DNA of 63,992 nt, filler included, from Circinaria calcarea (GCA_051942165.1; 6 parts of 6 records of this genome joined end to end with filler, not necessarily neighbours in it), one strand, 5' to 3'; shown: positions 1-13,430, counted from the whole stretch's first letter. Made by a program: numbers and translations. Notes: generated by a model from the letters alone, not told the origin.

Positions 1-360
1 ATATAGAATTATATTATATTAAATTTAATAAATTTAATAAATTTAAAAAAATTAAAAAAATTAAATTTAATAAAATAAAAAACTAGATTTAATCGAGCGA
101 AAAATTAAATCTTTTTAAATTAATTTCAAAACCAGAATAAGAAATATTATAGAATTTTGGTTCGGTTCGGAAAATCTCCCGCCGAAATTAAATTTTTTTA
201 TTTCGTTTCATTTCGTTTCAGGGCAAATGGTACTTTAAACAGAGTACCCGTAGAAAGGATATTAAAATAGATTTTCGGCGTAATATATAATAGGGGGGGA
301 AAATATAAGGAAAGTATTTATATATTTTTTTTATATATATATTTTATAGAGTATGTTAAG
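1..360. repeat. AT-rich, RIP-like degenerate repeat remnant at segment start
   Basis: Very high A+T with abundant TpA and almost no CpA/TpG. Short iterated motifs TTCGGTTCGG and TTTCGTTTCATTTCGTTTC at about 161-220 resemble transposon subterminal repeats. Confidence 0.55.
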
Positions 361-675
361 AATAATCGAAAGGGTCCGTCGGTGATAGGGAAAAAGATGC
401 GGAAGAGTAATAGAGGAGGAGGGGGGTGCGTGGCTGATACAGTGGAGTGCGTGGGAGCGGTATATAGTATCTTCGGGGGGTGCGTGGCAGATATTCGCCG
501 TAAATAGGAGCTGCGGCATGGCGCAGCATTCCAGAGCATCCCCTTATATTTGGAGTCGTACTTTTCAATGTAACGCTACTTCGCCACTATTAAAGCTTCG
601 TTCTCCAGCTAACTATACATGCGCACCATAAAAGGCATATCGAGCTTAGCATATTGATCTTGGCATATCGGCGTA

Positions 676-2568
676 ATGAGTCTCTCCGACGGTAAATCGT
701 CTGTCAGCACCTACGGAAACACTCGCGGGAGAAGGTTCTCGGTCAACAAGGAACCAAGTAGTACCAAGTGAGAGGAGATTACCTTCCGTTCCATGTCATC
801 CTCTAATCCACCTCAGCGAGCTTACCTCCAAGGTTCATCGTCAATTTCGCGCTGCGCACAAGGGTCATCAAGCCCATGCAGGTCTCGATAGCAGCAGGTT
901 TTAGTCTTCTGGCATTCTTTGACTTGGCGAAGCTAACAGCCCTGATAGGGCGTCTACTGGTGTAGTCTGGACTACTGAGCGAGCCTACGTAATTTAGTGG
1001 AATAATTCCCTCTGGCAGCGGTGGATGCTCACTGCTTTTCCACAGGAACATGGTTTTCTTGATGACCCATCTTCCTGGGCCAACCTTGGCCAAGGAGCGC
1101 CCGAGGTAGACGACGATATTGAAGGCAGTTTCGAGCGCCCTCAAACGATTGACGTGAGCATCAATGGTCGAGAATATGGCCCTACGGCAGGAATCAAGCC
1201 TTTGAGAGCAGCGGTTGCCAACCTCTACAATGCCCATCACAGGGAGGGCAAGGAGAGTCAGTACAGCTGGGAGAACGTCTGCATTGTACCCGGGGGAAGG
1301 GCCGGACTCATCAGGATCGCGGCGGTACTGAACGAGGCTTATCTGGGGTTTTTCATTCCTGACTACACTGCTTACAATGAGATGTTGTCCCTGTTTAAGA
1401 ATTTTGCTGCTGTACCATCGCCTCTTTCCGAAGCAGACGGATATCACATCCATCCCGAAAAGATCTCCGAAGAAATTGCACGAGGCACGTCAGTCATTCT
1501 GACCTCAAACCCGCGCAATCCGACTGGGCAAGTCGTTGCCAATCCAGAGCTTGCACAGATTCAGGACATATGCAGAGATCGGGCCACGTTGATTATGGAT
1601 GAGTTCTGTAACGTCTCCCTCCTCTCTCATTCTTCCTCCCTTTTCAAAGCCCCCTTCTAATCTCAAACCTAGATGGGGGCTACAACTACACCTCGAACTG
1701 CGATGGAACTACTGTTAGCTCCGCTGAGAATGTTGTAAGTTGCACCGCCACGCTAACATCAAGCTGCCTCGATGCTAATATCTACAAGGAAGACGTGGAC
1801 GAAGATGACGTGCTAATAATCGACGTGAGTATTAGTAGATTTAGTTGATGATATCAATTGACATTATTTCTAAGGGTTTGACCAAACGCTTCCGCCTCCC
1901 TGGCTGGCGCATTGCGTGGGTCATTGGACCGAAAGACTTTATCAAAGCCATTGGTAGCTGTGGCTCTTACCTCGATGGTGGTGCCAACGTACCCTTCCAA
2001 GAAGCTGCGATTCCAATGCTCGAACCTGATCGTGTGCTCAACGAAATGAAAGCCCTCCAGAGGCACTTTCTTGCAAAGCGCGATTTTGTACTCGGACGTC
2101 TCAAGGAGATTGGCTTCAAGTTTTCACAAAACAACATCCCCGACAGCACCTTCTACATCTGGTTGGATCTTAGCTGTTTGCCGGAGGGAATAAGTGATGG
2201 TCTGAACTTCTTTCAGGTATATTCAAAGCATCATTCAGATAACAGTCACATATTGCTAACCTAAGGTCAGGCATGCTTAGAGGAGAAGGTCATCGTGGTA
2301 CCGGGTATCTTCTTTGACTTGAACCCGTCCAAACGCAGAGACTTGTTTGATAGCCCTTGCCATCATTTCGTTCGCCTCAGTTACGGGCCGAAGTTGGACG
2401 TCCTCAAGATGGGACTAGACGGGATAGAAAGGATTGTGAAAAAGTACGTAAATTGACCTATTCCGCCGCCCTAAATAGCTTCCGGTGGGGTTCTTCTCGT
2501 TTTCTACTTTGGGTCCGACTCGTCAACCTAACACGTGCAACTCTAGACATACCGCTAGGAAGAAGTAG
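676..2568 (+). CDS. PLP-dependent aminotransferase class I/II (aspartate aminotransferase-like), multi-exon
   Basis: Spliced product MSLSDGK...HRQFRAAH...TGVVWTTERAY-EHGF...NLGQGAPE...SNPRNPTG...IMDEFY...IDGLTKRFRLPGWRIAW (PLP-lysine motif)...PGIFFDLNP...FVRLSYGP. About 8 short GT-AG introns. The last micro-exon and stop at 2566-2568 are inferred. Confidence 0.88.
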
Positions 2569-4428
2569 GAACCTTGGAACTAATCAATAGAGTTCCACGA
2601 AGTATGATTAGTTAAAGATTACACTCGTTACAATGACATCGGCAGGCTTTCGCATCAGCTTAGAATTAGACTAGATAAATGCAGTACAACGGATCATCGA
2701 TATACAGCTCTATATTATCAGTAGGTTTATCAATAAAGGCCTCTTGACTGACAAGGACATCTCTGATCCGACATGTAACACATTGCTGAATGAAGAAATC
2801 GATGCTAGGTGCCCTCTGCAAAAGCATCTAGTTATTGCCCTCAATGCCAGGAGAGGTCCAGCTAGGATTTAGAAGCATATCGGCTATGAGTATTCCATAG
2901 GATTCCGACAGCCTCCCAGGAACCCAGGTTGCACGATCATACTCCTCTATCGCTCTTAGAGAACGACGCTCCTTTCGGAACCATAGCCACTCGAGTTGGC
3001 TAACGCCTTCAACCACAGGAAACAACAAAGCGGTCTTGGTAGAAAAGCATGTTGGCTATTGTGGTCAACCGTGTTTGTTCTGTATAAGTACACTGACCAG
3101 ACCGCTGAATGTCGCCATACTCGGGGCGCACGCTCCCTACCCACAGAACCAGTAATCACCCATTATGTTCGCTTGACTTTGGTTTATCTTCGTGGGCGGT
3201 TCGAGACCTTCTTCGTTGCGATTCGCAAGGGAAACAAGGTGGTATTTTAATGGTAGGACTGGCTGGCATTACTGAGGTCGACCGGTGTTGACGGACGTTA
3301 AGGGCGCGGTCAGATGTGCAACAAGTGATTCTTGCCCTCAGGTCCGAGGTTTGCCCATCTTTCATCGGTATCACGCTCTCGCCTGAACATTTCCTCTCCG
3401 CGGGAGCTTGTGGTGATGGCATATACCGCAAACTATGTTACCAAAGAGCGCCTTGGTGCTCCAATGCTGTGGCGCTATGCGAAACTGGTGGCTCAAACAG
3501 CGGCGTTGTTGCTAATCCGCTATCATGGTAGGGGCCCATGGACTTGAATATACGTAGATGGCATTTTGCGTCACGACGGTAGTAATCGCTATTCTCGAAA
3601 CTATACGGGCACCAGAGAGAATGAAGGATGCAATCAAGATGGCCGGAAGGCTTTATATGGTGTAAAAGCCAGGTTGGGTCAGAATCCCAAGGCGCAGAGC
3701 CAAAGTGTCAGGCCATCTTATCTCGTGATAGAACTGACTGTTGGCTATCCTTCGCTGGGAACGGCGAGGACCCTACATGATGTCAGCCATTCATGCAGTA
3801 ATAATATTTCTCTTACGATAGGCAAGCTATAGTAATAACGCAAAGACAGCAGTTGCCTGATCGCAGGAACAGGAGTTCCCATATAACCTTCCGCGGGCGT
3901 CCACAAACTTAACTAGAGTGACCTTGATCCTGCGGCGAGGATATGCATTCTCCGGGGTTTGACTGTCTCAGATGTACATAGGGGAAGCAAGATTGTCCTA
4001 AAAAAAGATGACTGATGATAACACAAGAGATTTCCCGCTCTAGTATTCACGGTCACCTCCAGTGGCCATGCGCAGAGTTCCATCGGGAATTCTGACCTCT
4101 CGAAAGCTAAGGTGGGACTTGAACTTTTGGAACGGGTGTTTAATAGCTTGAGTGCGTAACTCAGCTATCGGCGTATGTGTTGAAAGCAATGTGTGTCCCC
4201 ACAGTAGGGTGTAGCCTGAAGTGCCTGTCTGCGTAACAAGCGATACAACATGGGTAGCTCATGACGCTTTGTGACAACTGAATATGTATGCCCTGGTCAG
4301 ACCCGCAACATACAAGCCATGGAAAAGATACTAATCTCACCGAACACATGAGTTACCCTCTAATTTACATGAATAAAGCAAATAACTCCAAGGTGCTAAA
4401 CGGTGAACATAATATACCGGATTATCCC

Positions 4429-7400
4429 TTATTCGCCCTTGTACTTTTCTTGTCTCACGTTAAAAGCTTCTTCTAACAAATCTATCTCCTCCTTCAAATG
4501 ACTTGCTTTAAGCCCCGTTGCCACACTCGCGCTAGGATTCCGCCCAGCATACATCACGTGCTTTCGGTTATGATGCTCAGTCTCGTTCAGTAGCGTCTCT
4601 ATCCTTGGTTGAGTAAAGCTCCAACCACCGGCATTGAGAGGTTCCTCCTGACACCAAACAATGTTCTTAGCGTTGGGATACATGTCAAGGTTCTCCTTGA
4701 GCTGCGCCCACGGGAATGGGTTCAGTTGCTCGATGCGGGTAATTGCGGCATTCTTGTACTCCTTACTTGCACGATGTTTGTGTAGAGCAACGTAGGCCTG
4801 ACCGGTACACAGGATTACTCGCTCGATTTCCTCCGGTGGGGCTATGGTCTTCCCATGTTCAGGGTCAGGAATGATCCACTGAAAGTGCGATTCACCGGAG
4901 AAGTCTTCAATTGGCGAGCGAGCGAGCGGATGACGAAGGAGAGACTTTGAGAAGAACAGGATAAGCGCTAAAGCTTCTTGTTAGCAGAGCAACATAGATG
5001 TAGGGATTAGACATCTTACGCTTCCTAAATTGTCTATTCATCTGCCTTCTGAGAATATGGAAGAGATTTGAGGGAGTGGTCATGTAACAAATCTGCATGT
5101 TGCAGTCCTGATGTTGGCGGTCGAGTTTGTCCGGTGAGGGAAAGATCCTTGGATCCTCGTTGCAAAGCTGTAGATACCGTTCCATCCTACCGGACGAGTG
5201 TTCTGGACCTTGCCCGTCATACCCGTGTGGTAGGGACATTACAAGGCCGGAGCGCTGTAACCATTTCACTTCGCCAGATGCGACAAACTGATCGATAACG
5301 CACTGAGCATTGTTAGCAAAGTCACCAAACTGCGCTTCCCATATGACAAGGGCGTTTGGCGAAGACAAAGAGTATCCGTATTCGAAACCAAGTCTAGATC
5401 ATAAAGTAAGCTTTGTCTGTGCAAATTTTAGAGGAAGCTTACACGCCGAACTCGCTCAGTGAGGAGTTGGAGATGATAAAACTAGCTTGCTTATCGCTAA
5501 CATGCTGCAAAGGCGTATACGTTGATTCGTTCTCTTGGTCGTGCAAAACAGCGTGCCTTTGGGAAAAAGTTCCTCGTTCCACATCCTGACCGGATACTCT
5601 CACGTGGTGGCCCTCGTCACAGAGGGAGGCGAATGCAAGAGCTTCGGCGGTCGACCAATCAATGTTTTTGCCTTCGTCAACCGTCTTCTTTCTGGTTGCC
5701 AAAATTCGTTGCAGATTTCGATGCACATGAAAGCCGTCTGGAGCACTTCCAATCACATTGCCGTAATGCTTGAGACTTTCAACAGGCACGCCCGTAGGAT
5801 TATGGGGTAGGACCTCCGTCGCAAGTTCCTTGGGGGATTTGAATCCGTTCCACGCCGAGGTGAGCCATTCCTTAGCACTGGACTGGTAGTCTTTGCTACG
5901 CTCAAAACTATCGCTGAGCATCCCCCAAACCCACTTCTTGTGTTCTTCAATATCATCTTTTGTAAAAGTCTTTTCATTCAGCAGCTTATCCACGTATTTG
6001 TCTATTATAGGTTTTTGAGCCGCGATCCGCTTATACATCAGTGGTTGAGTAAATGATGGCTGATCTGTCTCGTTATGTCCTGACTTCCGATAGCATACTA
6101 AATCTATAACAACATCCTTCTTGAACTCTGCACGCCAATCCGCAGCAAGTTGGCAAACGAAGTTAACAGCCTCAACGTCGTCCCCATTAACGTGAAAAAC
6201 AGGTGCGTCGATGGATTTTGCAATGTCTGAACAGTAGGGAGTAGAACGGGAGAAGCGGGGATCAGTGGTGAACCCAATTTGGTTGTTGACGATGATATGA
6301 ATAGTTCCCCCAGTGGAGTATGCCGGCAGTGCATAAAAGCCCATAGTCTCATACACCACACCTTGACCGGCAAAGGCAGCGTCTCCGTGAAGAAGTACTC
6401 CCATTGCAGTATCGAATTTCGTCTCGTCATTGTTATAGTGTTGGATAGCTCGAGTCTTTCCCAGGACAACAGGATCCTCTGCTTCAAGATGCGATGGGTT
6501 TGCGACTAGAGATAATTGCACGCGTTTCCCGGAAGGTGTCGGCCTTTCAAAATTCATACCCAAGTGATATTTGACGTCTCCAGAGCCTTCGTCAGATGGT
6601 TCGGCCGAGCCACCAAACTCGCTGAAAATAGACTCGTTTGGCTTGCGTACCACATTGCTCAAAACGTTGAGGCGACCTCGATGAGGCATCCCAATCACAA
6701 TATCCTTGATTCCATAGTCCACACTACGATCGATGAGCGCTTTCATACCAGGTACGAGGGATTCGCCGCCTTCCAAGCCGAACCGTTTATCATTAGGATA
6801 CTTTGTTGATAGGAAAGCTTCAAAGCTAGAACTCCAGATCAACCGGTCTAAGATCCGTCGTTTCTCGTCTACGGAGTACTTGTAAGGTTGGGGAATTTCC
6901 ACGCGGTTACGGATCCAGTCGCATTGCTCTCTATCCGGAATATGGATGTATTCAATGCCGTAGGACCCGCTGTAAATTCTTTCACAAGCCGCAATAATCT
7001 CCCGTAACGTCATTTTCTCTCGAGTCTCGGTTTTGAATCTGGGCAGTATGCCAGGACCCAGGGAGTATTCTTTGTCTAGATCTTTCTCGGTCCATTGGTA
7101 GTGCTCTAGTTCTAATTCCTTTGGTCGATGATAACCAAAAACTTCCGCTTCGCCACGGATGCCGAGAGGATCTGTTCGTGCCTTGTGATGTCCACGCGCT
7201 TGATAGGCTCGTACAAGCAGCTGTACTTTGAGATGGTTTGTCACGTCCGTTCCTTGCCCTGCCCATTTGGCTGTACCAGTAGAGATACCACCTGCCAGGT
7301 TTGGAATAAGATTGGGCGGAGGCTGAAAAGCTTGCGATATCGGCATGTCGCCATCTTCCACGTTGCGAAAGTATACCTGCCATGAGATGTGTACGCTCGA

Positions 7401-7651
7401 AGGATCACGTTTCCATTGCATATACATTTCGTCCATGTAATTGGCCGTATTGCCTTGGAGGAAGGAATCATTGGGATCCTAGGCTAAATCAGCTACAAGC
7501 GCTCTAAAGCTTTCTGGATGCTTACCACGCCCTTATTCGTATCCTCTGCAGCAATAGCATAGCATCTTCTCTGGAGGAGAGCCGGCACTCTGCTACAAGG
7601 CCTGCCTCCATAGAGACGCCTACCCGAACTGCGAAGCGGTAACCGAAGCAT
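4429..7651 (-). CDS. KGD1: 2-oxoglutarate dehydrogenase E1 component, mitochondrial
   Basis: Arg-rich presequence [12 protein letters not shown]. Motifs [36 protein letters not shown] (ThDP), [44 protein letters not shown]. Three introns at about 7480-7525, 5393-5441 and 4967-5017. Confidence 0.97.
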
Positions 7652-7908
7652 GGTATTGACAAGTATGCTTTATATGAGTGAGCTACCCAGGCCGATGAGG
7701 CGACGAACTGAATGAAAGCACAATCTATATCTGTAGAAATTGAAGCTACCTCTCTAAGGAGCTTATGTCACGTCACAGCACAGAAACCTATGATATACGC
7801 TCGGCCATCAACCGGGCCGAAGCTACTCTAGCCTCTTTCGTCACAATATATTCGTTGTTGACCGTCAGCTGAGCGCGTCTCTTTAGTAAACACGTCGATA
7901 GCAGCATC

Positions 7909-9926
7909 ATGGCAACACCGAAAGGTTCTGCTGCCTATAAGAAAAAGGACGGCACCCTTGCCTTGTCTAAAAATGCTCAATCGGTATCTTGGACGCCAAC
8001 GGCTCCACCAGGCTCACCACCCGCCGTGACACTGCCTGTCTCAAGCATTACCAGTAAGTATGAGCGGTGATACTTCGGAAGACCCTTATCTCTATTCGTA
8101 TAATCTGCCATCTGACACAGATGTTAGACCTACAGCAGACACCTGCAAGCAGTGCCAAGGTTATGCTTAAAATATTTGCACAACCCCCTGGATCAGCCGC
8201 ACCAGATACCCATGTATTTTCCTTCACGTCTCCTCTTAATGCACGGGGTGAAGCGGATGCTATCAAAGATGCTCTTAGCAAAGCAATTCAGTCTGTCAAA
8301 ACTGGCATCCCCACTCCAGCAGCCCCGGGTAATGAAGGAGCCCCAATTTCAGCAGCCATGGCAATAGCCAGTGCGGTATCATCTACCCCAGGAGCAGGCA
8401 GAGGTGCAAATTCTATTTATGATGACGAACGTCTCAAGTCCGACCTTGAGTTACAGCAGTCGCTTTTCAAAGCCAATCCATCCTTGTCCAAGACGTTCGT
8501 GGAGTCGCAGCGTACCAAACCCGATTCAATATCGAGTTCCCAATTCACTTCACAGTTCTGGTCGTCTAGAGTACATCTACTTCGTGCACATGCTATAGAG
8601 AGAAGTCAAACGCGAGGAGCGTATAATGTTTTGTCAACCATTAAACCAAAGACCGTGGACAACGCCATCAGGCTGAGCATAAGTAAGGAGCAAATCCAAC
8701 TTATCTTCAGTCAACATCCTTTGGTCAAGCAGGTATACGACGAGAACGTGCCCCGACTGACCGAAGAGACGTTTTGGTCTCGGTTCTTTCAAAGTAGACT
8801 ATTCAAGAAACTAAAAGGGGAGAGGATCCAGGAGAGCGACCCTACAGATCCAGTTCTTGACAAGTATCTCCAGCATGACGATGAAGCGGAAAGGAATCGA
8901 AGGCTTCTAGCCTCCCATATTCCGCATATTATAGACGTTGAGGGTAATGAAGAAAACCACAGCCAGCGCAAAGGTAATCAGCCGGATCTTACGATGAGGC
9001 CAACTTCTGTCGACAAGGTACCTATCATCCGGACTCTCAATACGCTCAGCGAGAAAATCATGTCACACGTTACTCCCAACGATGTTAATCCTTCGGAACC
9101 AATAGGTATGGACGAAGAGACCTTCAATGCGCTTGCCCTTCGTGACCTTCAAGGTGATGCCGAAGAAAACCGAGTTATCCTCAACATCAAAGATCAGAGT
9201 CGTTTCTTTTCTGGTAATCAAGGTGACGGTGTTTCTGCCGATGCCCTTCTTTATGCCAAGCAAGAACCTGATCAGGTGCTGCGGTCTCTGCGTGCCGATC
9301 TTACCAGTACCGGTATAGATATCAATCTAGAAACCGCAATTGGTGTCAACGACGACAGCTCTGACTCAGGATCTGACGATGACCAGCCCAAAAAGGGACA
9401 TGTAGGTAGCAAAGCCAGTCTGCGAGCTGCAACGGCGCAGATCTTTGCTGCAATTGCTCAACAACGTTCCCAAAGTGACGACCTCTCCGCATCTGGCTTC
9501 GCCACTGTCGAGACCTCCTATACGGCTGACCTTTCAACATCCATATTCGACCGTCTTTCCCTCACCCACGCTACCACAACTGAGTTCCTCCACCATTTCT
9601 GGCTTGCCTTCCTATCGAGTGATTCAGCTCGCGCGGAAGAGATTGCCAAGTTGGTCGAAACCCTAGATAGAGCTATGGACCGGATCAAAGCGGTAGCGGA
9701 TGATGCCGAAGTGGAGCGGATGAAGGAGGTTGAGAAGGTGAAGAAGCAAGTTCGAGAGCATTACGAGAGAACGCAAAAGAAACTGAGATTTGACCCAGAG
9801 GCGATCAGAGGTGGCGCGAAGGCAGTCAATCAACTCATGGGGCCAACTATACAGGCGATCAGGGTGGCAATTGGGAAATACAAACAGGCATTGGCCGAAG
9901 AGGGAGGAATGGATGTCAGTCAATGA
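7909..9926 (+). CDS. TFB1: TFIIH subunit p62/Tfb1 (PH-like N-terminus, BSD domains)
   Basis: MATPKGSAAYKKKDGTL...ITNLQQTP (intron 8054-8127). BSD-type segments QFWSSRVHLLRAH and IFSQHPLVKQVYDENVPRLTEETFWSRFFQS. Also EFLHHFWLAF. Confidence 0.92.
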
Positions 9927-10718
9927 ATGCCGCCATCTGTAAGGTGCATCTTTGCATAGTTAGAAGCAGTGCATAGCGATGGCGTTGTTCTGTTACACGT
10001 TGTAAGAAACAGAGTATAGACTTGGTTTTATCTTCGGGCAGGTCATCTCAGCTATTAAGTCTAAGAGTACCTCTATGGCATATTCACTATAACACCATTA
10101 AAAAACAAGCGATAATTGATTCGATATCCAAGACATCCCTTTGATACGGTACTAGCGGGTTCATCCCTGGGCACATCCTGGGTGGACATCCCACCCCTAT
10201 TCCTACTCCCTGCTACTGAGACGTCTTCATTAGCCAAAACCCTTCCTGGTCGATCAGGGGCCATTCTGATCCGACTCTGACATACTCACTTAACATGATT
10301 ACTAGTGTTAGCCGAGCGAGCATTCAACGTTGATCGAGGACTCCTCGACATCTCTTTCCATACATGACTTTCTCAGTCTTGAGTTCTTTCCTCTTCTTTC
10401 ACCTAATACATTTCCTTTTCCCCTTCGAGCGGTGCCGTTCGCTTTCCACCTCAGCTCTTACTAACATCGTCATTGTGTATCTTCAGGTAGTACCTGCGCA
10501 TTAGTCTCGGGCTGAACAGCACCCCCGGACTTCCAATTAATACGTCGCACGGTCTCCTTCATCCCACTGCCAACAAACCTCATCACCCAATCCTTCACCG
10601 TTTTTATCTTAGTAATCTGCGGCTGGGTCACATCGGCACTATCCAGCTCCTTGCTACTATAGGCCCCCTTGCGATCGTTTCTATCTATCGTATTGCGGTA
10701 CAGCAGATGCAGCTTCGT

Positions 10719-10818
10719 NNNNNNNNNNNNNNNNNNNNNNNNNNNNNNNNNNNNNNNNNNNNTTAATTAATTAANNNNNNNNNNNNNNNNNNNNNNNNNN
10801 NNNNNNNNNNNNNNNNNN
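10719..10818. other. Artificial contig linker (44N-TTAATTAATTAA-44N)
   Basis: Identical 100-nt linker occurs five times; its core gives stop codons in all six frames. Confidence 0.99.
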
Positions 10819-12172
10819 ATACATGGCTATGGACAGTGCAGTTTCGACAGGGAGGTGAGGATCAGGGAGGGTTCAGGAGGGTGAGTATGTGGGCGCTTGA
10901 GTTGGAGGTTCGATGAGGATTGGAGTTAGAGGAGGGAGGTGGAAAGGGAAGGGTGATAAAATAAGCACTCATGCCTTATCCTACCCATCCTCTCCTCTCA
11001 ATCTACTACCCCCAAAAATACTTTCCGAAAATCCCCATCTTTCAAGTTATTTACCCCAAAAAACCCCCACCCCCCCTTTTCTTTTCTCCTTCTTAAATGA
11101 TCCAAAACCCGCTTTTTGGCTGGCTGGGCTCATTCCTTCTGATAATTCCAAAATTCCGTGCGCGCCCCAACAGGTTCAGTTTTTTTTTCGATAGAGAATC
11201 CTTTTTTTTTTCTTTGGCTGTTCTAGGTGCCTGGGGGGCGCGCGATTTACCAACGGTACCTATATGTATGTATGGTATGTATTTATGGAGATGTGTGTTG
11301 TGTGTGTGTGTTTGTGGTCTCGAAGCTGGGGGGAATATACTCCGTATAGGTAGGTAGGTAGGTAGGTACTTAGTTAGTGGTTGTAATGATGTTTATTATT
11401 TGTAGGGGGGAGGATTGTTGGGGATTTTTAGTTTGTTTTGGAGTTTAGGGAAGAAGGAAGCAAACTTGGGCAGGAGAGGGAGGGGAAGGGCGAAGGTAGT
11501 AGGTGTGGGGGTAATGTGGTATGTTGAAGCTAACAACGGAAGACTTAAAAGTCTGAAAAGGCTCTCTGTTACATATCGACTCCCAAACCCGGAGAGCAGC
11601 GTGTTGTACCTTGTGAACCGATGAGACAGTTGAAGCAAGAGGATACGACATAACTCGACAAGTACGATATCTATAAAGACGTTCATGACTTATGGTATCT
11701 ATCTTGATGAAGAAGGGAAAATTTGTGTATAAGAACCCATCTAAATGGAAATCGCGTGTCAGCTCCAGGTATCAGCATGACGATGACAGTTTCTGTGTGA
11801 TGTATCCTTGCGCTTTCTACTTGTCGTTTTGATAAACTCTTTAAAGCGATATCTGACAGCATTCATCATTTACATGTTCCCTTCATAGGCAAGTACATTT
11901 GGTCCGTAGGAGGCCAATCTTCCGGTCACATACTCACTCGCTGTTGAGTAGCGAAATGTATGGTGGCATTCATGCTATCTGAGTGTGTGTCACTAACTAA
12001 GCTATCTATGCAGCGAAAAAGCGCTTTTATGTAACGTGTAGAGTGTTGAGCATGGACCTCCTATGCAACACATGCTTCGGTAAGCCCTATGGCTTCCAAC
12101 ACTCGCAAGTCCGGAAAGTCTCAACATGCATGTACACTTTGACCCGCTTCACGATCCAACAAGCCAGAAAAA

Positions 12173-12397
12173 TCATCTTGCCTTCTTCGCAGCTGCCTCG
12201 TAAAGTGCCTTCACCAATTCTGCCCTCAACCGATCCAACTCCTCTTCCGCCTCCTTCTCCTCTCCAAACCCCGTAATCTCCTCCGTCAAGACTCTGACTT
12301 CTTCGGTCGACACAATGGCTTTCAATCTCCCGTATGCCTCTCTGTTACGTGCGGAGCAAGCTGCGCTCTCGGTGATGGCGTCGATCCATTCGTTCAT
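12173..12397 (-). CDS. Short hypothetical helical protein or gene fragment (5' exon unresolved)
   Basis: 74-aa ORF with charged helical composition (EEKEAEEELDRLRAELVKALYEAAAKK). An intron-like CTGAC...AG lies upstream, but I found no convincing in-frame first exon. Confidence 0.3.
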   Translation of the reverse strand: MNEWIDAITESAACSARNREAYGRLKAIVSTEEVRVLTEEITGFGEEKEAEEELDRLRAELVKALYEAAAKKAR

Positions 12398-13288
12398 GAG
12401 ATACAGTTTTTCGAAATAACTGGAGTTGGTCTATTCTCTGTTAACGGGGTCAGTTGGCGTTCTTTCAGAAGGAGGGTCGAAGGAGAGAGGGACTTGTCGT
12501 ATTCTTCCTTTTCTCCGTCGTCCATGGGCATGAGCAGATATATGTTGGTGACGAACATGGTGATCTAGAAGGAGTTGCGGATGGTGACGGAACGATGAAG
12601 AGAGAGAGAGAGAGAGAGTTGTTATGTTTATTGGTTCGTTGTGTTGCTGATGTGATGGAAAGGTCTGGTTGCTTCTTAACGGATACTATAGGGTAATTTT
12701 AGAGAGTGTAAGGAGGAGAAGGAAGAGGGGGTTAAAGAATCGAGGTACCTCTTATATTTGCCGTGAGTCACAAAGCCTTCTGTTAATCCGTAAACAAGTC
12801 TATAACTGACTAATCTCCAGAGTCATCATCCCAAGATCAGAACGCAGCAACGCGCATGCGTACCCAACTCCACTACCAACCTCCTGTATCTTTCCCCATT
12901 TTTTTCTCCCGGAAAGCGTCTTGTTCCTTCCGTAGGTGATGATTCCTAATTTCTCTATTTTCTCACGATTGTGAGGTCTGGCCATCCTTTTGAAGAAGAT
13001 TATTGAGATATAGCATTATGAGAGTGCACTCCTCCTCTAAATCGAGGTTCTTCCAAGGCCTAGATTATGTGGCTAGTTATGTTTGGCAAGGGGATAGGAA
13101 GAAAGGAAGGTTTCTTGTGAATAGGCCATTTTCCCCCCTGATCTCATCAAGGTTATCGCGAGTGACGAGGCTCAAAGCAAGGAAGTAGAAATTGGATAAG
13201 TAGGTTACCTAAGCAAGTGGTTGCTAACACAATAGACCTTAACCAAAAGATTCCTGCTGGTTGATATTTAGGATCCGTTGATGTAATT

Positions 13289-13430
13289 CAGGACTGCCAA
13301 TAGTCCCAACAGTGCAGTCCAGCCCGTGGACTGTGACTGGCTTGGCAGTTTAAAAGGGTGAACTGAGACTGGACTGCTAGTCTAAACTGCAGTCCGGACT
13401 CTCAGTTCAGCCCGGAACTGCCAAGATCTA
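13289..13430. mobile_element. Fold-back/MITE-like transposon-end remnant
   Basis: Nested inverted repeats CTTGGCAGTT/AACTGCCAAG, TGAACTGAGA/TCTCAGTTCA and GGACTGC/GCAGTCC, plus extra GGACTG/CAGTCC copies. Confidence 0.5.

Noticed and set aside
803..1453. 216-aa minus-strand ORF and similar antisense ORFs over KGD1, the acyl-CoA ligase, PSO2 and BUD4
   Set aside because: Shadow frames opposite well-supported genes, with no recognisable motifs.
10060..10718. Possible minus-strand gene 3' end after TFB1
   Set aside because: Only short open stretches with no recognisable family, and truncated by the linker.
10763..10774. TTAATTAATTAA recurring every ~10.8 kb as a periodic biological element
   Set aside because: Always embedded in exactly 44+44 Ns; it is an artificial six-frame stop linker.
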